Shown in pieces: positions 47,431 to 57,245 of a DNA stretch of 64,000 nucleotides; within the stretch, counting starts at the first letter, position 1; every line of letters begins with the position of its first letter. The notes beneath the pieces are model-generated. The model searched no databases and was not told where the DNA came from. It worked only from the letters and a program-made list of their open reading frames with translations. The position numbers and the translations under genes were made by a program. The stretch lies in the NCBI GenBank assembly GCA_001662655.1, contig KV460256.1; one strand, written 5' to 3'. This stretch comes from Pseudogymnoascus verrucosus. Taxonomy: Eukaryota.

Positions 47431-48017
47431 CCACTTGCGGCACGTCACCCTGCTGTTGCATCCGCTCGTAATTCTAAAGGAAGGAAGTGGAAATTTTGAG
47501 AAATTCATCTCTGTAGCACCCAGATACTTTGTTCCCACAACATAACCTCTGCCGGTATGCAAGCTCTTTGAAGTTTGGCTTACCTATGAATTCTAAGTCT
47601 GATTTACTGAGCGGCGATTGCTGTGACCTTGCTGCCATCCATGTGAAGCTGAGATGAGACATGGGATGAGACATTTGTCATTTACTTTCCGACCGAACTC
47701 TAACTTCCAGTAGCATGGAAGTACCAAGGGCTGTAAATATTGAAATCAGTGACAAATGAGGTAACCACCAGGATATTCAAAATGCGCCGATTTGTTGTCA
47801 CTGCTCAATAGGATATGCAGGTAATCATTAGACATCAGTTCGGCAGTATCGACAGGTGCCGACCTTATCGAAGGGTGCACATTCCTTAGCCCTCCCTAGC
47901 CCTTGATAAGTTTGTCTCAAATGCCGCCGAGTGAAATGATATAAACAAACTTGCATCCCATAAATCTGCTCTTCATAAACAACATTTAACTCCTCTAATG
48001 GTTATACTCCGTCTAAA

Positions 48018-48570
48018 ATGTGTACATCTGCACAATGCATCTTATGCGGGGAGGAACATTCCACTTCTTTCTGCCCGTCTGCCATGTCAAATGGCCAGTG
48101 TCTGGTCAAGGTCGAGTTTGATGAGACAGTGACCGATGCTTGCGATGATTGTTATGAGCGCGTCGTTCAGGTATGCTGCATGAAAGGGATCCAATAGATA
48201 ATGAAGCTAATGCAGTGTAAAGTGGCTATTATCTTGCGAGCATAACGATTTATATACATATGGGCCATGGACACTACGAGAACCAGTTCCATACAATATT
48301 TCACGAGAGGCAGCGTGCCGATTAATGAAGGCAGAACCAGGACAACGACAGCAATTGTATAACAATATACAATATGCAGAGAAGGTCCTTGCTTATTATC
48401 GCGCCAACCCCATTCCACCTCCATCACACGTTTTATACTATTATCAACAAGCTTTTCGCTCTCTAGAGTCAGCAAACGAGCGACAAATGTCTTGGAAGGC
48501 TGAGAAGGCAGATATGAACCGTGGTTTGTATTATAATATACATGCTGGGTGGTATGGAAAGCATAAGTAA
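48018..48570 (+). CDS. Hypothetical 166-aa protein with Cys-rich N-terminus; one intron 48171-48222
   Basis: MCTSAQCILCGEEHSTSFC...C...CDDC exon. A GTATGC..GCTAAT..AG intron joins it in phase to the 48325-48570 ORF. Confidence 0.55.
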
Positions 48571-49325
48571 ATGACGACTACCACAGAAGGTTCTGAATGG
48601 AAAGCACTCAAAGAGACATATGAAATAGAGCGAAATTGAGCCTGCTAATTTACGTTTGCTCACGTACAGAAACTCGAGGCATACCGTAATGGTGCGCACC
48701 ACAATGCGGAGGATGTGAGATCTTTAGGAAGTAGCCATGGGGCATGGTCACATGTATAACCTGAGATCCATATAGAGTTAGTTGTTCCGCAATCTTGTGG
48801 CACGACTCCTATTCCACCCTAAGCTGCATCGTGCCCCAGCGCGTGCGTATTTCGCCCTTAGTCCTTCCCCAGGAACTCGCTGAAGATACACTTCAAAGGC
48901 TTGTCCTCCTTCTTGTATGCTGCTAAGCGCTGCTTGTCAAGCGGTGACCATTCACTATACTTCACTGAACGTTGTCAGTTTTCCAGCCAATCCTTACGTT
49001 TGGGCGAGTCTAATGTTATGCTGTGCAGAAATCAGAGCCTCGAGCCGACAGGAACTAATGGAAGAGGTGGGGCGAAGATGATGCTGATTTGGTATGAATT
49101 CACAAACTACCTAAACTTTGAAGGGCTAGGGGTCACTGGGTGGCTATCTAGTGGGGGGTCATTAGGACCATCGAGTAGGAGCTCATCAGGACCACCCAAC
49201 AGAGTCATGTCACACATACATGCCTTACCAAAGTATTTGCACAGGAGCAGAAAAGATAGCGAGGATCCTAGAGTACTTCTGTTTAGACTTTAAGAGTCTG
49301 GATGCTGTCTGTGCAACAGCAACCC

Positions 49326-50414
49326 TTAGCACAAGAGGGTTTGCTCCATATCCCTTGAGATAGGTGCACCGTGAAGCTTCCAAAGGCTGCCGTCTATAGC
49401 ATGGTTGCGCACCCATTCCTGGCAGACTTCTGCGTCATAGCCATCTCTGCCAGCAGGCATGGGCACATTAATGCTGACCAACAGTCGATCTATCCCACCA
49501 CGTGCAGCTGCTGTCGGCTCGGCCATGTAGGTGGCTGGAGAGAAATGCGGAGTTGCTGTAAATATGCGTCCCAGAAAGCAGGATCTCGATGTTGGTCGAC
49601 GGAAAAGAGGCCATTGGCGGTGACCCTCTGCTGTATTCACAATTATGACGCGTTGAAGATGCGGCAAAGGAGGAAATTCCGAATCTTCAATGCATTCTTC
49701 CAACCCATCCGGCCGCGTGAGAACGAGCTTTGTCAAACGCTCACATCTCCGGAGAGCAACAAGGAATTCTGAAGACGCTACGTCGACGTTGTAAAGCGCC
49801 AGATGCTCGAGGTGGGGCCAAAAAGACCAGACTTTCGGTTCATTGGTAGGGTAGACTGTGTCGAGGAACAACTCGTCCCGGACAGAGCAGAATTCCTCAA
49901 TGATTTCTAAACTGGCGAATGCTGCCCGCAGGATAGGCCGGACTCGGTTATGGTCGTCCTCGGGATAGAGAGACCGCAACGGCATGTCGATAACTAGCCG
50001 TTTTAAGCCTAAAGAAACTGCTGAAAACAGGCTATTGACTCTTTGGACGATTAGAGGTTCGTCAATGCTGTCGTCAAGAAATGGAGAGATGTAGAGACAC
50101 CTCGATATATTCGGATTGAGGAGGAAGGTGGCATTGCAAACATCCACTCTATCTTCTGTGCCTGAATTATTGGTGGTTGTTGCCGAGAGGCGCGGAGGAG
50201 TGGCTATTAGACGCCATAGGCGTTCGTTAGAATCTATATGAAGGCAGTGCAAATGCAGAAGTTGGACGGCCAGAGCAGAGGTGAGTTTGCATGTGAGAGA
50301 GAAGGCGAGCAACGTGCGCGTGACAGGATGAGATGCCCGGAAAGCCACAGGAGGCTTAGAGGGGATGAGACAATGCATGATATATAGTATCAACTCGGGT
50401 GGTAGGCAGGGCAT
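49326..50414 (-). CDS. F-box-like protein (362 aa)
   Basis: Intact long ORF with N-terminal LPPELILYIMHCL and LRR-like LxxLxL segments. Confidence 0.7.
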   Translation of the reverse strand: MPCLPPELILYIMHCLIPSKPPVAFRASHPVTRTLLAFSLTCKLTSALAVQLLHLHCLHIDSNERLWRLIATPPRLSATTTNNSGTEDRVDVCNATFLLNPNISRCLYISPFLDDSIDEPLIVQRVNSLFSAVSLGLKRLVIDMPLRSLYPEDDHNRVRPILRAAFASLEIIEEFCSVRDELFLDTVYPTNEPKVWSFWPHLEHLALYNVDVASSEFLVALRRCERLTKLVLTRPDGLEECIEDSEFPPLPHLQRVIIVNTAEGHRQWPLFRRPTSRSCFLGRIFTATPHFSPATYMAEPTAAARGGIDRLLVSINVPMPAGRDGYDAEVCQEWVRNHAIDGSLWKLHGAPISRDMEQTLLC

Positions 50415-50625
50415 GACTAAACAAGCCTAAAACTAATAACGAGCGTGCTCTTTTTTGACGGACGGGGAATTAGAATAGTAGAGGGCAAGGCTAGGGCTAG
50501 GGCTCTGAAAGTAATAAACGAATAAGAATATAGGCCACTAGTGGGACGCTCTTATGCGCAATAGCTTAAGCTTTGTGAGAGTCTGCTGCTAGGACGATGG
50601 TCTAAAAGTCCTATCTTTGTAAAGC

Positions 50626-50876
50626 TGTAGGCCCTAGGTCACGCGGGAGTTTAGGGAACTAGATTAGAAGGCAGGAGTGGGGTAGTATATAGCGTAATAA
50701 TAGGTCTACCTAAATACAGCGACTATTAACTAGAGTCCTCGACTAAGGTTCTAGCCCCTAATATATCCTCCCATACCATGAGCCCTAATAACTAGGCTAT
50801 ACCTAGATGGCAGCTCCACCGCAGGGCTGCCTTCGGCGTGGCACCTCACGTGCCATCACGTGAGGGACGCCTTACA
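50626..50876 (-). mobile_element. Possible solo LTR of another family
   Basis: TGTAGG...CCTTACA inverted termini, TA-rich RIP-like interior and CACGTG motifs. No TSD found. Confidence 0.4.
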
Positions 50877-51724
50877 CTTAGGAGTGTTGGGGGTAATTGC
50901 GGAATACGGAGGACTACACGCAAAATCGTGTGAGGGTCTCCGGTCACCGTAATTACTCTTCTTCGGGTAGCGGAACAGAGGCTTCACAGTAGAATACAGT
51001 ATATAGGATAATATAATCAATTGAATTGCTCACTAAACTACGGGCCTACGTACGCTATTTGTAGGCCTAGGGGAAACCCCCAAAACCCCGAAGGTTTGGG
51101 TTCTTACACCCCAAACCGAAGTAATGCGCTGGGCTGAAACCTCAGCTCAGTATTCTGACCAACTGGGAACTAGACAGTCCCGAAGGAAAGTGGCCATTTT
51201 TAGGTGCAAAAGGCCACGGTATTCCCATGGGATCGTCCGTTTCCCCCAACAAGGAAGTCAGGGGCCTAAGTGGAGACGGCGCGGCAACCCGTCTGATACC
51301 GCGCTTAAGATATAGGCCCTACTACTAATGAGCACTAGATTAACTCTAGTACGTCTAGTATTAGTCATTATAGTTCTATACCAACATCTTGTCTAGAAAC
51401 GCTCCCTCATCACGATTTATATCTATGCTGTAAACCATTTAAGTTGCTCTACCCTTCCTATCTGCTATATAATTTGTTCTTTTATTTAATGTCATACGCT
51501 ACCTCCCCTCCCTAAATCGAAGTGTATATCGCCACACATAGGTTTAGACACTTTACACACACGCTTAACCTCCTCGCCCTTTTATCACATGCTAGGAGGT
51601 ACAACATTCATAATCGCACCTCATCGTCACTATATACGAAACCCCTAGACTACGCCCTACACCTAAGCATCATCCAAACAAATCCCTACTAGTTAGACGC
51701 TTAATTACTCTAGATTAAAACTCA

Positions 51725-53584
51725 CTAGAATAGATTCACTACACGACCGAAACACTTTTCTTCGAATCCGAGCCCAGCCCACCGTCTGAGGAAAACTTCC
51801 CTATCCTCACTTTCATTGTAAAACTCTGGTACTAAACCAACACATCGATGGCGAGCTTTGAGTCCTCTCCCTCGACGAGTAAGAACAAAGTGTCGATATG
51901 TGACCCTCGTACTTGAGTCCAACGGAGTGGCAAGATGGAATACGTTTTCTTCTCCTGAAACCATCTCAGCGGACGACACCAACCCGAGCAGCTCAAGCTC
52001 CCCAATGCTAACAAGCACAGGTGTCCAGACATTCTCTGACCAACTGAGGGCGCTGATTCCAATCCCACAGCTGATCAAAGCAGCTATACGAATGAAGAAT
52101 TTGCTGTAATTCGACGCATTGGCATTGATAAGATCTCTCTTGAACGAATCTGCATCTAGTTTCGCGCCTCCGCCGCCGAAATGTCCGATCAGCATAAGAT
52201 TGAGGAACTTCATCGCCTGCTCTTGGCAAACTTCTTTGCTCACTGTTTCCAGAAAAAGTTTCTCATCCGGCCATACCCCATACGGACTCATGCTCAATTC
52301 GCCCCTGAGTGCAAACTTCCACGCATCGGGTGAGAAGTCAAGACTTCTGTCTATGATATCAAAAGTCATCACCATACTAGTGGACTCGATGGTACGGACT
52401 CCAACTTTGCCATATTCAAGCCCAGAGGCGCAATCCTTCTCATTATTGGGCGCGGCATCAGTCGCCAGCCCGAACAGCTTGACTAGATCCCCTAGATACT
52501 CTGGCTCAGGGATATTAGATGTCTCCAGGACCAGTCCGTCGTCTCCCACCATACCTCCAGTGATCCTCGGCAGTGTTGCACGATGAGCGCGTCGGGCTTG
52601 GTCGAAACAGTCGCGGAAAAGCTGACCGAAGCTCATGTTCCGGATATCTCGCGGCGTCGGTGCAGTGTACCAGCTGTATTGCGACATGGTGGTTAGAATA
52701 AGATCTCGTGCTTTGGTCGTCCTGCGCGTGCTATTGCTTTGGATCAAAAATTCCCTTCCGATAGCGGTCGAAAATGGTATCCTGCTGGTCCTGTCCCTTG
52801 ATACTTCACCATTGCGCAATAACGCGTTCATGAACGCCAATTGCTCGTCACCGGACACTTCCCCCGTCGTTCCATACGATGCCCACGCTCGCGACATCGT
52901 CCAGAGTCGATCCGTATTCGCTGATATAAACTGCGTTCCCGAATAGATATCGCCCCAACTAAAGGTTGTCCGAGCGAGTGATTCCTCGCAGGAAATGAAC
53001 TGAACATGGTTTGAGAAGACGCTCTCTTGCAGTGGCCACAGCCGCTCTAGAATCCCCTCGTACAGCCTCTGGCCACGATGATCAGTCCTCCAATGCGTAT
53101 TCCACTGCTGTATGCCATTATGGTAGTCAGCCCAGGTACGAAGCTGCCCGATGGCATCTACACAGCAACTTTGGAAGCCCGAGCCATCACGGATGACGAT
53201 AGTCTTTTGTGCGTGCTTGTAGATGTCGGGCATGATGGCTGTGGCTTGGATGCGCTCCTCGACGGTCTCGGGGCTTTGATCGATGCTGAGAACATCAAGC
53301 CAGAAATAGCTGTCACCCACGAGGCGCTGCAGGTTCTGATCAAGGCAGCGAGCTTTCGACGGAGAAGCAATAATTGGTTCCGGGATGTTGCTAATGGTCG
53401 TCGGGTGGTAAAGTGATGGATCCCCCCACACGTGTGAGAAGGCAATGTAGTTGGTGTGACGGAAGTCGATGTCGACTTTCTCAAACTCTCCTGACACGAA
53501 TCGGCATAGGACTGTGGAGTCATGTCTGTGTCGGGGTTTCGTCACCGTCTCAGGCTCTTGGAAAATTTCAGCGCCTGATTCCAT
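51725..53584 (-). CDS. HET-domain (heterokaryon incompatibility, TIR-like) protein, 619 aa
   Basis: YIAFSHVWG, YFWLDVLSIDQ, MPDIYKHAQKTIV and RLWPLQE, the three conserved HET blocks. Confidence 0.88.
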   Translation of the reverse strand: MESGAEIFQEPETVTKPRHRHDSTVLCRFVSGEFEKVDIDFRHTNYIAFSHVWGDPSLYHPTTISNIPEPIIASPSKARCLDQNLQRLVGDSYFWLDVLSIDQSPETVEERIQATAIMPDIYKHAQKTIVIRDGSGFQSCCVDAIGQLRTWADYHNGIQQWNTHWRTDHRGQRLYEGILERLWPLQESVFSNHVQFISCEESLARTTFSWGDIYSGTQFISANTDRLWTMSRAWASYGTTGEVSGDEQLAFMNALLRNGEVSRDRTSRIPFSTAIGREFLIQSNSTRRTTKARDLILTTMSQYSWYTAPTPRDIRNMSFGQLFRDCFDQARRAHRATLPRITGGMVGDDGLVLETSNIPEPEYLGDLVKLFGLATDAAPNNEKDCASGLEYGKVGVRTIESTSMVMTFDIIDRSLDFSPDAWKFALRGELSMSPYGVWPDEKLFLETVSKEVCQEQAMKFLNLMLIGHFGGGGAKLDADSFKRDLINANASNYSKFFIRIAALISCGIGISALSWSENVWTPVLVSIGELELLGLVSSAEMVSGEENVFHLATPLDSSTRVTYRHFVLTRRGRGLKARHRCVGLVPEFYNESEDREVFLRRWAGLGFEEKCFGRVVNLF

Positions 53585-54516
53585 CTCTAGTGCGATCCTT
53601 CGACATGGCTTTCAGCAGCTATGACCTGAGACTCGCTTGAGTAAGAACAAGTTCTTGTTGGGACTTCCTGCAGGAATCAGAATCTCATTTCAATATCCAC
53701 AATTTGCCCCATCATATAATCGGAAACAGGCTCGAAATGGTGCAAGTAAGTGTAGTAAGTGTAAGGAAGAAGTAGTTTATAATAGAATAATGCAGCTAGA
53801 AACACAACACCGGGTGGTTGTCATTATATATGACCGGACGAGGGCGATTGGTTGCAGGTATCAGCGGGGATTGTAAATGACATCATCACATATACTGCCT
53901 TTGTTGACATGTGGACTAGTGGAACCAGTCTCAATATGGATTTTATATAGCTATCACTACTTGTGGCATGCAGGCATGCAGTTTGGGACAACATGGCTGG
54001 TAGGTTTTGGACCCCGATGGAAACAACAGATGGATTACATAGATCATCGTTCAACTCCTGCTCTAACCCAACCACACTCGAAAAGATGGGCACTACGGCA
54101 GAGTTGGTCTAAGTGTAACATCATACAGAACTAGAAACATTATTTTTGAATCTCCATTCGATCGGGCTCTTCTATCAGGCCTTTCATCACTAGTCGAGAA
54201 GTGCTAGGTTTTCCCAAGTCCTGTCTAAATGGGTAGTTTTACTAACGTAGTGTATGGGACAATGCGTCACATGGTACAACACGGCGTATGTATGTACCTA
54301 TATTTTGTAGGGAGCGCCCACTGTAACGGCAAGTCAGTCACAGGTACCCTCCACATTGTGGCTTGAAGATACGCTTGCGCCACACCTTCTCAGCTGACAC
54401 ATTGTGGTACTGTCGCTCGCCCCGCACTTATTATTTCATCAGGAACTTGACCTTCCACAATCACCTCCCTCAAAACATGACCGTTTAGAAAATAGCATAA
54501 ATTTTGTCCAATCCAA

Positions 54517-55860
54517 ATGCCTCCACTATTGAAAACAGCTCTAATGATTTTCCGCCGAGCATCGTTTGACCCAGGTTTACCGTCTGACGAGTTTTCCGAA
54601 CAATGGACGCATCCAGGTGATGTGTTTTCAGTTCTCCTGATTCTTGGGGGCGATGTTGTGGGAAGGGCGCTTGCTCAGGTAGCGGGCGCTGGCTTTACGC
54701 CGGTAACTTTCTCATTTGGTCTGTATTTTTGCACCGCTTCCCCAATGGCATTTACCCATGATTTGCGCGCTGACGGAATCGTAATAGGATGGGTCGCCTA
54801 CGCCGTCACCGCCGTAGTCTCTGCTGTTGGAGAGAACAAACTCATGCCGCTGCCGGATTGCGCGTGCAAGGTCATCAATGGCAAGTCGAGTTATGTGCGC
54901 GACAATACTAGCTGGATACTAGGACGCATCATGAGAGACTACGAATACTGGATGGATGATGCAATACGCGCACGAGTCAGGAACATGATTGGGGAGGGTT
55001 ACCAAGCTGATTATGAACGAGCTATGAGGGAAAATCCCGGTTCAGAAGTAAACGTAACTCGTCGCACACAGGCAGGGCTCTGCGTGTCCTTCTATCGCGC
55101 GGGGCGAGCAAAAATTGGCACAATCTACCTTGATAAGGTATATGTCAGCGGCTTCTTTATTGCTCTAGTCCAGCTTGGTGTCGCGGCTATTCCATGTGGC
55201 ATATGGGGAGACTGGTCGATTCTGCTCATCACCGCGGCTGGCATTGGGCTGGCCTTCGTATCAGGCTCGCTCTCTCAGTGGCGGAAGGAAAAGTGGGCGT
55301 GCCGAACTGGCCATGGCAAGACCGTGGTATTGACGCGCGGAAACGGTTCCCAGCATGCCATTGTTATCAGCGACCCCGACGAGATAGGTCTTGATCTAGA
55401 AACTCTGGCAGCAGGCCAAGCTAGCCTTGATTTATCCACTTCGCTTTCCACACGCATCCTCGTTGGACTCCTTGCGGTGCTGTGGGTTTTGCTGCTTATA
55501 TCTGCATCGGGCATTAAGAAAAACACCTGGTTTCTTCTTGCCGTCGGGGGCATCGGCATAGTTCAGAACATATTTGTTGCGGGCTGGCGACGGAAACCCG
55601 AAGCTTTTGGCTTGCCACTCCACTACGAGAACGTCATTGGGATGCCCAAGGTGATGGATGCACTGTATGAAGTCGAGAAGGCGCACCCTGGGCTCGGCTT
55701 TAGTATGCGCGAAACATTTTTCCCTAGCGGCATGCTTAATGATGATGAAGAGAGGGAATGGGCACGGTACGCGCAAATAGTGAGGGATATGAACGCTGAG
55801 GCTGCACAGAGAGCAGCATCTCGAATACAAGCACAACCAGGCTTCGGGTGTTCAAGCTGA
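54517..55860 (+). CDS. Multi-pass membrane protein of unknown function; probable in-frame intron 54719-54787
   Basis: Long ORF with several hydrophobic segments. A 69-bp GT..GCTGAC..TAG intron restores 'FSFGWVAYA'. Confidence 0.75.
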   Translation: MPPLLKTALMIFRRASFDPGLPSDEFSEQWTHPGDVFSVLLILGGDVVGRALAQVAGAGFTPVTFSFGLYFCTASPMAFTHDLRADGIVIGWVAYAVTAVVSAVGENKLMPLPDCACKVINGKSSYVRDNTSWILGRIMRDYEYWMDDAIRARVRNMIGEGYQADYERAMRENPGSEVNVTRRTQAGLCVSFYRAGRAKIGTIYLDKVYVSGFFIALVQLGVAAIPCGIWGDWSILLITAAGIGLAFVSGSLSQWRKEKWACRTGHGKTVVLTRGNGSQHAIVISDPDEIGLDLETLAAGQASLDLSTSLSTRILVGLLAVLWVLLLISASGIKKNTWFLLAVGGIGIVQNIFVAGWRRKPEAFGLPLHYENVIGMPKVMDALYEVEKAHPGLGFSMRETFFPSGMLNDDEEREWARYAQIVRDMNAEAAQRAASRIQAQPGFGCSS

Positions 55861-56155
55861 GCCTCCTCAGACTTCCACTTAGACTTAAGCGAACGGTCAA
55901 GGGTAAGCTGGGATGGCTATTGAACTTACTAATATGACTGGCTCAAAATCCCGATCTCCAGCTAATTTATTCAGGAGAATATTATGGTAAATGACGGCGT
56001 TTGGTTGTAACTTACCGTGTTTTTATTTGTATCTATAATGTATTTCACAAAGCGAATCGGTCACCTAAGCGAACTAGTTACCCAAACACTAAAACGCGTC
56101 AACTTCACTATAATTTAGATTATAAGTGCAGACTATGATCATAAACAACGTCATG

Positions 56156-56416
56156 TGTAAGGATGTCTCCTTACTCTGGTCAGTTCGTTACGGTTCAATC
56201 GCGACTACGAGCCTTAGGTACATAGCGTAAGGAAGCCTTAGGCAGACAGGGAGTTAGCTGAGTTAGAGGGGTTTCAGGTATTTAAGGGAATAGGAACTAA
56301 GGGTCCCCACTTTATCTTTTTGTATCTTCGTTAGACCTATAGGATAGAATTCAGCATCACCTCCGTCTCGCACTCCCATATGCATCTACAGAGAGCTGGG
56401 TCCCTGTGTCCTTACA
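56156..56416 (+). mobile_element. Family B-variant solo LTR, little RIP
   Basis: TGTAAGGATG...GTCCTTACA, homologous to 3077-3374 and 18014-18304. Confidence 0.88.
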
Positions 56417-57245
56417 CAGAGAGCTGTGTCCCTGTGCCCTTCCAATTAGCTCCCATGGAACGCTAGTCGCCCGTCCAATTAGGGACTGGCTGGGAGACTA
56501 AGGGAATGCATGTCATGCTCGATATCCCGAGCTTTCGAAACGGCATGGGAGTATATGGCGCGAAGAGGGGCAGGGGCGGATGGGGTGGTTTGGGGTGGGG
56601 GTCGGGGTGGGAGGTGTTTGATGAGATGAGCAGATCCGTGTATACTTCAACGAGCGACGTCGCAACCGGGAAGATCTACTCAAGGGAATTGCTATGGCAA
56701 GAACCCTAAAATATCTAGAACTTCTAGGATCTGGTATATGTAATAAGGTTTTACCTTGACCTTGGAAAAAAAATCTAGGCTTTTACACTAGATACAGTCA
56801 TAGAGGCAAGAAAAGATGAAAAAAGTGCATGCAAGAAAAAGGCTATTGAATTCTTATTTTGCTACTGAATTAGGATTAATCTTAATAAATCTCCGATTCG
56901 TAGCGGTCTAGTAAAACCCCCTAAACGAAAACTGCTTTTCCATCCTCAAAATACATCATGCACACAGACCGACATCTCCCAAGACGCTTTCCAAAGGTAT
57001 TGGATAACTATCTCGAAGGTTAATGATCACGCGAATGGAATGGTGAAGATGCTTGTAATCTATCTACTCTATATTTCTTGTATTAAATATGCTCTATGAG
57101 GAGAGTGTAAGATACGGCCATGGGCGCCGCGCTCTTCTGTATCTACATTATCAAATCTGAATCGTAACTCTAATAATAAAAGGGAAAAAGTCATGATCAT
57201 GACGTCGTAGTCCGCCGTTTATCTTTCATCTTGACTCCCCAATAT

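Noticed and set aside
51060..51720. Short inverted repeats and a TA-rich stretch as a defined transposon
   Set aside because: Probably a TE relic, but no termini, TSD or coding motif could be established.
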